From Escherichia coli (GTDB lineage Bacteria; Pseudomonadota; Gammaproteobacteria; Enterobacterales; Enterobacteriaceae), in the NCBI GenBank assembly GCA_005400705.1, contig GCA_005400705.1_4079.1: DNA of 64,000 bases. One strand, 5' to 3'. The notes beneath the pieces were generated by a model. It was not told the DNA's origin. It searched no databases and saw nothing but the letters and a program-made list of their open reading frames with translations. Positions 1-9,284 of the stretch are shown here, in pieces. The translations under genes and the position numbers were made by a program. The number at the start of each line of letters is the position of its first letter. Position 1 is the first letter of the stretch.

Positions 1-1
1 T

Positions 2-307
2 ACTAAATGGATTGCATATTGGGAGGATTCACCAGTTGCAATTGAAATGACTGTGATTACAACAGTACTTGAAACTGGTTACATCAAAGCCATTATAGTT
101 GATAAGAAAGTCCGTACTCTTGATGAAATTAATCCATATCCAGCCCGAAATTCTAAAGTTTTTGGTGTGTTGGTTGATGGTAAATTTATGATAGAAAAAG
201 ATGCAAAGGAATATGTAATTAATAAACTTCAAACTACATCAGAAAAAAAGGAAGTATTGGATCAAAACTCTGTTGATGCAATCAAAAAAGCATGGGGACT
301 AAAGTAA
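2..307 (+). CDS. hypothetical protein (5' end probably outside window)
   Basis: Frame is open from window start to stop at 305-307; first in-window ATG at 47. Confidence 0.45.
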   Translation, partial: TKWIAYWEDSPVAIEMTVITTVLETGYIKAIIVDKKVRTLDEINPYPARNSKVFGVLVDGKFMIEKDAKEYVINKLQTTSEKKEVLDQNSVDAIKKAWGLK

Positions 308-308
308 T

Positions 309-731
309 ATGTTCACACTAAGTAATGCAAAATATCTTTTTCTTATTAGTATTATTGGTTGGGTTATGGCTCCAGTGCTAAATGCACTGGGGTTTTCCGA
401 TGAACATAAACTTTTAAATGTTTCAGGTTTAATTCAGGGTATTTCATGGTATACATTAATTACATTTTCAGTGTGCATCAATACATTTGCCCGTGAACAT
501 CGACGTTTGTTATATCTGAAAGTATTTGGAACTACCCGATATAGTTTTGTTTACACTTTCATTTTAGTACCGTGTATGTTATATGCATTTGTATTTGATT
601 ACTATACATATCTATGGGTATGTGGAACTATGTTTGTTATGTTGGAATACATCAGAACTGTTCAAAACTCATATGCCGATGAATTTCATGATCTAGAAGT
701 TAAACGAAAATTAACGGAGCTAAACAAATGA
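309..731 (+). CDS. hydrophobic membrane protein
   Basis: 140 aa ORF, several hydrophobic segments, tight tiling with neighbours. Confidence 0.5.
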   Translation: MFTLSNAKYLFLISIIGWVMAPVLNALGFSDEHKLLNVSGLIQGISWYTLITFSVCINTFAREHRRLLYLKVFGTTRYSFVYTFILVPCMLYAFVFDYYTYLWVCGTMFVMLEYIRTVQNSYADEFHDLEVKRKLTELNK

Positions 732-1153
732 GAGGTTATAATAAGATTTGTATTTTTGTATTTTTAGTTTGTGCATTCAATTCGTTTGGTTACTACTGTA
801 CAGAAAATAATATTTCATATGGTTTAAATCCTTTGTGGTTTACAATTTCTAATGTAGCACAAATTGGTATTGCTCTTATGTCTGCACTTATGTTCTGTCC
901 AATTGTCACTATGGATACTGATCATGAAAGGCTTGGATTTCTCCGTGATACTGGAGACGAACCTTACAGTAGATTGATTGTGTTGTATCCATTTATTGTT
1001 ATTTTAGGTACTAACATCCAACTTGGGTCATTATCTAATAGTGTTACATCAGCAGCTATTGCTATATTTGCATTCACATTTTTTATGGTACACAAATCAG
1101 TACTTAATTGGTATATCACAAAAATGGCAGAAGAAGGTACTAAAAATACTTGA
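728..1153 (+). CDS. hydrophobic membrane protein
   Basis: 141 aa ORF, start overlaps upstream stop (ATGA). Confidence 0.5.
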   Translation: MRGYNKICIFVFLVCAFNSFGYYCTENNISYGLNPLWFTISNVAQIGIALMSALMFCPIVTMDTDHERLGFLRDTGDEPYSRLIVLYPFIVILGTNIQLGSLSNSVTSAAIAIFAFTFFMVHKSVLNWYITKMAEEGTKNT

Positions 1154-1178
1154 CATAATTTAGTATGTTATATATAAT
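1150..1178 (+). promoter_or_regulatory. sigma70-type promoter TTGACA-17-TATAAT
   Basis: ttgaca at 1150-1155, tataat at 1173-1178. Confidence 0.6.
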
Positions 1179-1212
1179 TATTTTGTTAAAAACAAATTAG
1201 AGTAAGGAACTT

Positions 1213-1464
1213 ATGAACATCGATAAGGTCAAAGAACTTAGTGCTGCACTAATTAAGAATGAAGAAGTTTGTGAAGAACTTCGCAGTACTATCAAAGTTG
1301 AGTACGCACGACTCCAAGGTATGCTTCAAGAATCAGAATGGGTAGTAACTAAATCTATCGAAGCAATCTATAAGGATATCGAATCCCTTTTCAACAAGAA
1401 AAGTAAGATTGAATCTGATTCATATAACAAACGTAAAGAGTTATCTACTGCACTTGGTATCTAA
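1213..1464 (+). CDS. hypothetical protein
   Basis: 83 aa ORF, RBS aaggaac upstream, promoter upstream. Confidence 0.6.
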   Translation: MNIDKVKELSAALIKNEEVCEELRSTIKVEYARLQGMLQESEWVVTKSIEAIYKDIESLFNKKSKIESDSYNKRKELSTALGI

Positions 1465-1470
1465 AAGTAT

Positions 1471-1499
1471 TTGACATAACAAATAATATGGAGTACAAT
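1471..1499 (+). promoter_or_regulatory. sigma70-type promoter TTGACA-17-TACAAT
   Basis: ttgaca 1471-1476, tacaat 1494-1499. Confidence 0.55.
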
Positions 1500-1538
1500 G
1501 TGCTCCTAATTTAATTATCAGCTAAAAAGGAAAACATT

Positions 1539-1799
1539 ATGAAATCTATTCTCGTTGCAGTTAACCTGGTTGCTTCCCCATCTTTCAACTTCAAACAAGT
1601 TGTTGCTGATAATCTGAAGAAGATCTGTCCAAACGCTGAATTAACTTTCTGTGTGTTTGATTCAGAAAAAGTAACTAAAGTTGATCTAAACTATCTTTTG
1701 AACGAAGTAAAAAGCGTTTCTGGTGAAAGTAACTTAAAAGTTCTTCATGATATTGCTGATGATTATGATGATACACTTGTAATTTCGGAGAAATTCTAA
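1539..1799 (+). CDS. hypothetical protein
   Basis: 86 aa ORF, RBS aaaggaaa upstream. Confidence 0.6.
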   Translation: MKSILVAVNLVASPSFNFKQVVADNLKKICPNAELTFCVFDSEKVTKVDLNYLLNEVKSVSGESNLKVLHDIADDYDDTLVISEKF

Positions 1800-1804
1800 A
1801 TAAA

Positions 1805-2224
1805 ATGTTTAGATTTCTTCAGTACTTAATCATTAAGTTCTTTGGTTATCATACGATTGAAGGAAAAGCTACACTTGCACATAAAATCTTTGTAGCATTA
1901 TGTACGGGTGATTATGACGTATTGAATAAGTACTGTAAATCGCAAGCATGTATTGATATAATGGCACTTCGTATCTATGAGTGCCAGTTCAATAGATATA
2001 ATTTTTACCAGTACAGATTTGATAAAGAAGAATTTGATAGCATCAAAATGCTAAAGAATTTATGTAACAATAAAAAGAATATGCATATATCAGAATTTGT
2101 TGCTTTGTATTTTTATTTAAAAAGTTCATTGTATATGAACACGATGCAAAGATTCGATACTAGAATTAATGTATTCACCGATAAAGAATTTTATATATAC
2201 GATAAATTCTTAGATAAGGTTTAA
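1805..2224 (+). CDS. hypothetical protein
   Basis: 139 aa ORF, co-directional tiling. Confidence 0.5.
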   Translation: MFRFLQYLIIKFFGYHTIEGKATLAHKIFVALCTGDYDVLNKYCKSQACIDIMALRIYECQFNRYNFYQYRFDKEEFDSIKMLKNLCNNKKNMHISEFVALYFYLKSSLYMNTMQRFDTRINVFTDKEFYIYDKFLDKV

Positions 2225-2225
2225 T

Positions 2226-2723
2226 ATGACAACTGTTTATATTGATAAACGATTAAATTTATTGATTACCGATTCTAGAGTTACGTCAACTATACCACGA
2301 AACTTATTTGGTTTTTTTCCACTAAGACCAAAATATCAATATGGAGTTGTTAATCAAAAAACTTTATATGTACATGACCGTTTATTCAGTGCTAGTGGGG
2401 CAGTAAGTGAAATTGATAAAGTACTGGATTGGTTAATTAATAAAGTACCAGTTATACCTGACAGAAAGTTAAGTTGCCATTGTGTGCTTCTTTCTAAAGA
2501 TTATGTTATTCATATGATTTTAACTAAAGGAAAGTTTATTAAAAAACTTGAATATCTACATGAAGACTACACTTTCTTTATGGGAAGTGGTGGAGAATAC
2601 ATGGTAGATGCTGCTATTCATGAAGAACATACAACTTTATATGATAAAGTGTTTAGTACTTTCATGGATGTGCATAACCATGATTGCTTCACAGATGATA
2701 ATATTAATGTATATCGATTTTGA
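2226..2723 (+). CDS. hypothetical protein
   Basis: 165 aa ORF, co-directional tiling. Confidence 0.5.
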   Translation: MTTVYIDKRLNLLITDSRVTSTIPRNLFGFFPLRPKYQYGVVNQKTLYVHDRLFSASGAVSEIDKVLDWLINKVPVIPDRKLSCHCVLLSKDYVIHMILTKGKFIKKLEYLHEDYTFFMGSGGEYMVDAAIHEEHTTLYDKVFSTFMDVHNHDCFTDDNINVYRF

Positions 2724-2744
2724 TTTCGTCATTAGGAGATGTAA

Positions 2745-3710
2745 GTGAAAAAGCTTGATTTAAATACAATTGCCGAAGAAGTTCTGGATGAATGTTTTGC
2801 TAATGAAGAAGTCAACACACTAGAAGCCTTAGATTTCGTTGAAGATAAAGATGAAAATGAAGGTAAAGTACAAAGCAGTTTCAAATATAATATTACACTT
2901 AAGCGACCACCAAATGTTTCCAATGAAGATCTAATTCGTGATATTCAAGCTGGTATCAATGTAAAGAAAAACACTGAACTGTTAGTTCGTTACAATTATG
3001 GACTGATTATTGATGTAGCAAGTAAATGTACTTGTTATATCCCATTTGAAGATAAGATTTCATATGGTGTTGAGGGGTTCATGAGAGCACTAAAAACCTT
3101 TGATCTTAATAAGAATGTGAAGTTCATTACCTATGCTTCTTCTAGTATTTACATGACAGTTTATAACGAAAGTTCTGACGCTAACTATATGGTACACTTC
3201 CCACGTTATATGAGTGTTCATAAGATCAAAGTAAAAAGATTCTGCCAGGAATATATGCGTAAACATGGTGTTCGCCCAACTCCTGAAATAATCTCAGAGG
3301 GTACTGGGATTGAGATTCAGCATGTTAATAATTGTTTGTTATTTCAAAGCGAATACACTTCACTGGATGCACCATTAGACGGTGTTACAGATGGTACACT
3401 AGGTGACATTATTCATTCACCTGCTTCTGATTTTAACCTCAATGTTGATAGTATTCGTGCACCTTTACGTTATGCTATCAATGAACTGACTAACGAATTG
3501 AGTACTAAAGAACGTGAGATTATCCAGCGTGTTCATGGTCTAGGTGAATATGAACCTGAAACGCTTCGTGAGATTGCTGATAATGGTTTTGTTGATGATA
3601 ATGGAAAATATGTTAAATCCCGTTCATCAATACACCGAAAGTACAGTGAAGCTATGCAAAAGCTTAAGAAGCTAGTACTTGCAAAAGGGTACGAATACGA
3701 AGATTTCTAA
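2745..3710 (+). CDS. sigma-70 family RNA polymerase sigma factor-like protein
   Basis: 321 aa, GTG start with RBS aggaga; region-2-like YGVEGFMRALKTFDLNKNVKFITYASSSIY and region-4-like LSTKEREIIQRVHGLGEYEPETLREIADN...VKSRSSIHRKYSEAMQKLKKL. Confidence 0.65.
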   Translation: MKKLDLNTIAEEVLDECFANEEVNTLEALDFVEDKDENEGKVQSSFKYNITLKRPPNVSNEDLIRDIQAGINVKKNTELLVRYNYGLIIDVASKCTCYIPFEDKISYGVEGFMRALKTFDLNKNVKFITYASSSIYMTVYNESSDANYMVHFPRYMSVHKIKVKRFCQEYMRKHGVRPTPEIISEGTGIEIQHVNNCLLFQSEYTSLDAPLDGVTDGTLGDIIHSPASDFNLNVDSIRAPLRYAINELTNELSTKEREIIQRVHGLGEYEPETLREIADNGFVDDNGKYVKSRSSIHRKYSEAMQKLKKLVLAKGYEYEDF

Positions 3711-3717
3711 AGAAAAA

Positions 3718-3744
3718 GGGTTGGCTTATGCCAACCTTTTTTTA
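3718..3744 (+). terminator. intrinsic terminator
   Basis: gggttggc-ttat-gccaacc hairpin followed by T7 run. Confidence 0.7.
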
Positions 3745-4268
3745 TGGGATGAAGTAAAAGTTTGTGATATAATTATCTTGTACAATTCTGTTGGCATGAT
3801 ATTCATGTACCTGATCCACTCGAAAACGTAGAGGGCAGTTGAGCAGTCCGACAGTGCGAACAGCAAAAGAAACCCGTTAGATGTGGGCATAGTTTGAACC
3901 CCTCACGGCAATGCGGCTGTATAAAGAACCACGTTAGGATAGCTGGTGGTTCCTTGATAGACATATAAGGATAACACCTTACGAATTATCTAAGGGAGAG
4001 TTATCAAATTTTGTACAGGAAAGTTGCGTCCAGAATTTGAGTACTCACATTAAGTATTTGATTGCATAGATACTTAATGAAGATACACTATGTTTAAAAG
4101 TGTAGACCGTCATATGAAACTGAAGTAGAGAGAAACAGGATGACCCGCTTTCGCACTCGTTATGAGTAATCTTCAATGCAATAGCTCTGATACCATCAGC
4201 GTCAAATTTCCCTCCTTGTGGGGGGGAAGAAAAATCCCTTCCTCAAATCCCGTCAATATTAAAAGTCC
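3745..4268 (+). ncRNA. candidate structured non-coding RNA (unclassified)
   Basis: About 520 nt without ORF, locally GC-richer, nested helices e.g. gataac-a-cctta-cgaattatc-taagg-gaga-gttatc and gaaccac...gtggttc. Confidence 0.25.
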
Positions 4269-4297
4269 TTGACAGTTATTAATCATTCGCGTAGAAT
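4269..4297 (+). promoter_or_regulatory. sigma70-type promoter TTGACA-17-TAGAAT
   Basis: ttgaca 4269-4274, tagaat 4292-4297. Confidence 0.5.
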
Positions 4298-4361
4298 ACG
4301 TAGTATTAGAAGCGAACAGACATCTCTTCGAGATGGATGATTAACCATTAAGGAATATCAA

Positions 4362-4571
4362 ATGAATTCAGTAATCTTTTTAGTAGTCGCTTTCTCTGTT
4401 AATTCCGGTGTACAAATTACCCCAATGAACTCAATGAACCAATGTTTTTCTGTACGTGACAGTACTTATGATCAAGTAAACCACATGTCACTTATGACAG
4501 TTAGTAAAGAAAGTATGTGGTGTTACAATAGTAATACTAACACAAAGCTTATTGTAGGACAAACTCAATGA
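4362..4571 (+). CDS. hypothetical protein
   Basis: 69 aa ORF, RBS aagga upstream, hydrophobic N-terminus. Confidence 0.45.
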   Translation: MNSVIFLVVAFSVNSGVQITPMNSMNQCFSVRDSTYDQVNHMSLMTVSKESMWCYNSNTNTKLIVGQTQ

Positions 4572-4798
4572 GTTATGGTGTTCGTTTTGAGATTCGTTCT
4601 ATTGTCATCAATGCAGAGAAACAAGTATCGTTGGATGGTGATATACGTGAAATTTATCTATCATGTATCCGTGCGAAATCTGAAGCAGATGCCTTAGTAC
4701 AAATGTATAGTTTTAACTTTTCAAATGGATTCTATTTGGTACGAGTTGTTGAAGTTAAAAAAGTAATTCTTGGTTGTTGCATAGAAGGAATAATGTAA
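4568..4798 (+). CDS. hypothetical protein
   Basis: 76 aa ORF, ATGA overlap with upstream gene. Confidence 0.45.
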   Translation: MSYGVRFEIRSIVINAEKQVSLDGDIREIYLSCIRAKSEADALVQMYSFNFSNGFYLVRVVEVKKVILGCCIEGIM

Positions 4799-5587
4799 AT
4801 GAGCACTATCGATGAACTGATTCAACGGAATTCAAAATATTACCAACCATCAGAAATTGTGGATAACATTACTAAATCTGAGTTTGGACCGAACACACGC
4901 AAACTCATTCATGTAATGTCACGTGATGGCTTTAAATGTGATTGTTGTGGTGAATCAAATGTAGTATTCACTTTACACAAGCACAGTACTAAAGAACGTT
5001 ATAAATTCAGACCTTATGTACTTAAAGGGAAACGTCTTGTACGCATGACGTTAGACCATAACGTACTGGACTGTCTTCAGGGCGGTAATGATAAAGAGAA
5101 CATGACTGCACTGTGTGAAGATTGTAACGCATTACGCCAGCATAAGTTTGCTGAATACAGTGAGTTTAAACACTGGTATCATAACGCGGATCGTTCAATC
5201 GAGCCTGACGTTAACTACTGCTTCATTGAGTACATTAAGAATGCAAAAGATACATACATTCTTAAATCAATGTCACCTATTACCGTGTTTCCTGAGAACC
5301 TATTCACTACATTAAAGAATAGTTTTATTGTAGGTGATATTGATGCATTCAAGTATTTTGACAAAGGTGCAAAACATTTTGAAATTCAATGTCTTAGTAC
5401 TGCACTATGTGAACTCATTAAAATTTACATAAAAGAGTGTTTGGGTATTGACAATGTACGTGTACCAGAGTATACTTTTTCTATTGAATTCGATTGTGAA
5501 TCAATCAAAGAGTTTGGAATTCTTTTCAATAAACAAATAGAACTTGCAATTCAAAACGAAATCAAGTACTATACTACTAACATTTAA
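4799..5587 (+). CDS. HNH-family endonuclease (homing endonuclease-like)
   Basis: 262 aa; CDCCG ... TLDHNVLDCLQGGNDKENMTALCEDCNALRQHK matches the HNH CxxC/H-N/CxxC/H pattern. Confidence 0.65.
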   Translation: MSTIDELIQRNSKYYQPSEIVDNITKSEFGPNTRKLIHVMSRDGFKCDCCGESNVVFTLHKHSTKERYKFRPYVLKGKRLVRMTLDHNVLDCLQGGNDKENMTALCEDCNALRQHKFAEYSEFKHWYHNADRSIEPDVNYCFIEYIKNAKDTYILKSMSPITVFPENLFTTLKNSFIVGDIDAFKYFDKGAKHFEIQCLSTALCELIKIYIKECLGIDNVRVPEYTFSIEFDCESIKEFGILFNKQIELAIQNEIKYYTTNI

Positions 5588-5602
5588 TCAGAGGAAATTA
5601 TC

Positions 5603-5785
5603 ATGCAAATCATCATTCTTATCGTTGGTATCATGTTAGGTGTTTATGGTCACTCATGGATGAACGAGAAGTTTCCTAATACGCGTCCTGAATATTGCAG
5701 TACTAATGTATTCCAGAATGGTGAGAAACCAAAGGAAAGTATTGGTAAAAAGCTGGACAAAGTACTTGATGTAATCAACGAATAA
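5603..5785 (+). CDS. hypothetical small protein
   Basis: 60 aa ORF, hydrophobic N-terminus. Confidence 0.45.
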   Translation: MQIIILIVGIMLGVYGHSWMNEKFPNTRPEYCSTNVFQNGEKPKESIGKKLDKVLDVINE

Positions 5786-5794
5786 GGGGAAAGT

Positions 5795-5995
5795 ATGTTT
5801 AAATCAAATTCGAATGTTGGTAAGAAGGTTCAATTACTTGAGGATGTATCCACTCTGAGTGGGATTTTCCCAAGAGGTCACATCATGACTATTATTGCCG
5901 AAACATCCCGTGGTTGGGACTTGGAAGATGCTGATGGTAATCGCATCCTTGAGGCTGGCTTCTATGGTCATCGTGAATATAAAATTATCGATTAA
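5795..5995 (+). CDS. hypothetical protein
   Basis: 66 aa ORF. Confidence 0.45.
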   Translation: MFKSNSNVGKKVQLLEDVSTLSGIFPRGHIMTIIAETSRGWDLEDADGNRILEAGFYGHREYKIID

Positions 5996-6092
5996 GGATA
6001 TAAAATGATGTTAGAGGCTATCATTGGTATTGTTAGTTTTAGTCATCTGTGTTGCTTGCTTTGGGTATATGATGATTTTTGGTGATTAATAC

Positions 6093-6120
6093 TTGACAGA
6101 AGATATCAGTACTGTATAAT
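6093..6120 (+). promoter_or_regulatory. sigma70-type promoter TTGACA-16-TATAAT
   Basis: ttgaca 6093-6098, tataat 6115-6120, AGTACTG in spacer. Confidence 0.6.
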
Positions 6121-6150
6121 GTTTATATCAAACGAAATCCACTTTAACAA

Positions 6151-6444
6151 ATGATAGGAAATATTATGTCTTTTTCTAAAGAAGAACGTGACCTTATTAA
6201 AAAAGCAATTTGGTTTTATGCTAATGAAGGGAAGTGCGATGAAGAAAAAGCACGTGAACTGTGTAATATCCTTGAGAAGAAACAAGAACTGAAAGTGTTT
6301 CGTATCCGTGATTTGGATGAAGGGGATCGTATTGTCCTAGCTGAAACAAAAGAAGAAGCAGAACAAATCTTCACTGATAAAAACGAAAATCCACATTGGA
6401 TGGAAGAAGTCTGTGATGTTAAAAAAGGTACTTATATCGATTGA
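6151..6444 (+). CDS. hypothetical protein
   Basis: 97 aa ORF; alternative start at 6166. Confidence 0.5.
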   Translation: MIGNIMSFSKEERDLIKKAIWFYANEGKCDEEKARELCNILEKKQELKVFRIRDLDEGDRIVLAETKEEAEQIFTDKNENPHWMEEVCDVKKGTYID

Positions 6445-6532
6445 CAGTACTGAATAATAGCAGTATAATGTTTATATCAAAGGGAATGCAGTGAAAGGAA
6501 AGACAGCATAATCGTACTCGTCACTGCGTTCC
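6441..6532 (+). promoter_or_regulatory. promoter (TTGACA-17-TATAAT) followed by long 5' stem-loop
   Basis: ttgaca 6441-6446, tataat 6464-6469, stem gggaatgcagtga (6482-6494) pairing tcactgcgttccc (6520-6532). Confidence 0.55.
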
Positions 6533-6562
6533 CGCCCTTTTAAATTAAATGAGGAATTAACT

Positions 6563-6871
6563 ATGTTTCAAACTAACACTCAAGGTTTTGTAATCATCGA
6601 TTTGAATCAAAACAGCGGTTATTGGATGAAACCTACTGACGCATGTATGCAGTTTGATTTCTTAGGTTACAGAATTAGTGTAAGTACTGGTGCTTCTGTA
6701 CTGAGAGGTGGTTGTATCGTTGAACATCTGGTAACTGATCCAGAAGGTCGTGAGTATGAAATCGCAGGTTCAGTACAAGATGCCATTATGTTTGTATGTC
6801 AGCGTGAAATGAATGGTTCGAATTCAAATGCACTGACTCATGCTCTTTCTCAAGAAGTGGAGGTTCGTTAA
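6563..6871 (+). CDS. hypothetical protein
   Basis: 102 aa ORF, RBS gaggaa upstream. Confidence 0.55.
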   Translation: MFQTNTQGFVIIDLNQNSGYWMKPTDACMQFDFLGYRISVSTGASVLRGGCIVEHLVTDPEGREYEIAGSVQDAIMFVCQREMNGSNSNALTHALSQEVEVR

Positions 6872-7116
6872 TGAAATATATTGTAGCAGTACTAATCGCT
6901 TTTCTACTCACTGCATGTGATGCTTCTACCAAAGAACGTACAAGTGATTTTGTTCTACCTGCTGAATTAAAAGAAGCAGGGTGTAAGATTTATCGTATGC
7001 AACAAGATGGTGCTGGTGCGACTTTGTACACTGTGTACTGTCCTAATGCAAACACTTCTACGTCGCATACGAGTGGGAAAATTCGTATGAATACATCAGT
7101 GGTTCATGGAGAATAA
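6871..7116 (+). CDS. putative lipoprotein
   Basis: 81 aa; signal peptide with lipobox LTAC. Confidence 0.5.
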   Translation: MKYIVAVLIAFLLTACDASTKERTSDFVLPAELKEAGCKIYRMQQDGAGATLYTVYCPNANTSTSHTSGKIRMNTSVVHGE

Positions 7117-7118
7117 CA

Positions 7119-7487
7119 ATGAGTCTTGATACAACTCGTGCAGCAAATATCTTAGAACGTTTGAATGATGAAGAATATCTTGCTAATGCAAAATATCAGC
7201 TTGAAAAACTCATTCGAAATGTAAAATATGTTGATATCACTACACAGCTTCCACTAGATGAATATCATAAGCTAAACGAAAATATTGTATATCACCCAAA
7301 TGAAATTTGGATTGAGTGGGAATCATGGACCCATTCGGTTCTCCGTATCGAGGGCTATTGTGTGAAATATGAAAGTTCACCAGGTGATTTTACAAAAAAA
7401 CTGTCGATATTGTGCACTGACACACATGAAATAGTTGAGGTGAATTTGAATCATATGAAGGGTTGCCGTTGGGGAGATCTTAAATGA
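7119..7487 (+). CDS. hypothetical protein
   Basis: 122 aa ORF. Confidence 0.5.
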   Translation: MSLDTTRAANILERLNDEEYLANAKYQLEKLIRNVKYVDITTQLPLDEYHKLNENIVYHPNEIWIEWESWTHSVLRIEGYCVKYESSPGDFTKKLSILCTDTHEIVEVNLNHMKGCRWGDLK

Positions 7488-7759
7488 TTAAAAAACTATT
7501 GACTGTGTTTGTTGTATTCTGTACAATGTTTCTTACAGCATGTAATGATGACGGCAGGTTTAGTGCAAAAGACTTAGTTCGTCAGGATTGTACATTCACA
7601 GGCAAGTCTTTTATTAACGAGTATGAAATATGTACACAATCAGGTCGTATCTGTGGTGGTTGGGAAAAACGTCAGGAGCGATTGTATGTATATGAATGCC
7701 CTGGACATCACAACAAAGTACTAAGCACACACAAACTTGTTTATGATAAGGTTGAATAA
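7484..7759 (+). CDS. putative lipoprotein
   Basis: 91 aa; signal peptide with lipobox LTAC, Cys-rich. Confidence 0.5.
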   Translation: MIKKLLTVFVVFCTMFLTACNDDGRFSAKDLVRQDCTFTGKSFINEYEICTQSGRICGGWEKRQERLYVYECPGHHNKVLSTHKLVYDKVE

Positions 7760-7974
7760 TGACTACCAATGAAATGATGCAGGTTATTTGGGATAAAGGT
7801 TGTGATATTAAAATCACTAGTACTGATGTTCGTGTATTCAAAACTGAATATATGGAGTACTTGGATCTTGATACTTATAATAATATTGTATCAATCGAAC
7901 ACAAAGGTGCAGTACTGGAAACGATTGATGTAGTACTCAAGAAAGCTACCGACCTATTAGGAGTGGCAGTGTGA
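7759..7974 (+). CDS. hypothetical protein
   Basis: 71 aa ORF. Confidence 0.45.
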   Translation: MTTNEMMQVIWDKGCDIKITSTDVRVFKTEYMEYLDLDTYNNIVSIEHKGAVLETIDVVLKKATDLLGVAV

Positions 7975-8117
7975 ATAACAAAGAGTGGGAAGATTACCGC
8001 AAGAAGTGCCGAGAGTTTGATAAAGAACTCACAGGTGCAGTGAACGCGGTAATGTGGGTATCTGCAATTATTGCAGTACTTGGTTTGGGTGCTATTATTA
8101 TTAATAAATTATTGTAA
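7971..8117 (+). CDS. small membrane protein (GTG start)
   Basis: 48 aa ORF below the ORF-track cutoff, GTGA overlap with upstream stop, C-terminal TM segment. Confidence 0.3.
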   Translation: MNNKEWEDYRKKCREFDKELTGAVNAVMWVSAIIAVLGLGAIIINKLL

Positions 8118-8125
8118 GGACTAAT

Positions 8126-8326
8126 ATGTTTACTTTATATCTTGCAGTAGTACTAACTAATGGTGAAATCACTCGCACCGTTGGTGAAGGTGTATATAAA
8201 ACACCTGAGCAGTGTTACTCTGCAACTCATTGGCCTCGTGATGCTGGTGATGAATCTCGCACTGAATACAAATGTATGAAGGTTAAAGGTGATTTTGTAA
8301 ATCTAAAGGTTATTGAGACTAAGTAA
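8126..8326 (+). CDS. hypothetical protein
   Basis: 66 aa ORF. Confidence 0.45.
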   Translation: MFTLYLAVVLTNGEITRTVGEGVYKTPEQCYSATHWPRDAGDESRTEYKCMKVKGDFVNLKVIETK

Positions 8327-8844
8327 TGGATATTAATGAGTTGTTGAAATTAGTGTTTAATCGTGAACGCCGCGATACAAGACCAATTGAATATCAAGAT
8401 GTGATACGCATTGAAACTGATTTCTGTTATGGTAAAACAACTCATGACCTTTTGAATCTCTCTGGAAAACGCTATGCTGATGTTTGTTTTTCAGAGAGAA
8501 GTGATGGTTCAGAAATAACGAGTACTGATATTGTTTGTTACGCACGCAGTGCTGATAAATCTTATGAAATAGAACTTATATATTCCCCTAGTTCTAAAAC
8601 AAATCATCACCGCCATATTTTATATGATGTTTACACACCACCTGGTATTGCTGAATATTTTGTTATTGATTATAGTACTGAAGAAAATGTGTTTCAACAA
8701 AGTTTGATTCATAACTTTGAGGTGAATGATCCATTAGTACCAAAGTTGTTCAAACTACTTGACACCATAGATGTTGATTTTGAATTTGTTATGTGCATTA
8801 GAACTTCTTTATTCAATGAATTCATGGAACTTTTTAATATATGA
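8326..8844 (+). CDS. hypothetical protein
   Basis: 172 aa ORF. Confidence 0.55.
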   Translation: MDINELLKLVFNRERRDTRPIEYQDVIRIETDFCYGKTTHDLLNLSGKRYADVCFSERSDGSEITSTDIVCYARSADKSYEIELIYSPSSKTNHHRHILYDVYTPPGIAEYFVIDYSTEENVFQQSLIHNFEVNDPLVPKLFKLLDTIDVDFEFVMCIRTSLFNEFMELFNI

Positions 8845-9062
8845 ATAGATACTATGTTGTGTATGAACACGTCTCTGAATTTAATAACATACGCGGGTTT
8901 TCCAGAGTAGTCACCAAGATGGATGTATTCATTCGTGCTCTTAGTGAAGTAGATGCACTGTTTAAATTGTTTGATGAAATTACAAAGTATAACACACCTA
9001 AAACACACCGCTATGTGGAAACTGTACATAGCATTATGCTAACTGAAAGTGATGAGGAATGA
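8841..9062 (+). CDS. hypothetical protein
   Basis: 73 aa ORF, ATGA overlap. Confidence 0.45.
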   Translation: MNRYYVVYEHVSEFNNIRGFSRVVTKMDVFIRALSEVDALFKLFDEITKYNTPKTHRYVETVHSIMLTESDEE

Positions 9063-9065
9063 TAA

Positions 9066-9284
9066 ATGAATTTATATCTAGTTGAAGGTTTAGTACAAGT
9101 CTATAAACCAGAAGGTGAAGGTCAACGTTTTTCACACGTAGAAGAATTTAAGTACGTTGTACAGGCTGATGGTCAGTACGATGCGGAAATTCAAGTAGAT
9201 GAATCATTCCGTAAGAAAAATGAAATTGGTAAATTTCAATACCAGAACTTACAATATAAAGTATGGCCTAGTATAAATGACTAA
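9066..9284 (+). CDS. hypothetical protein
   Basis: 72 aa ORF. Confidence 0.45.
   Translation: MNLYLVEGLVQVYKPEGEGQRFSHVEEFKYVVQADGQYDAEIQVDESFRKKNEIGKFQYQNLQYKVWPSIND

Noticed and set aside
3745-4268. Group I intron interrupting the sigma-factor gene
   Set aside because: The sigma ORF ends with a normal stop and terminator and no downstream exon is evident. Kept only as an unclassified structured segment.
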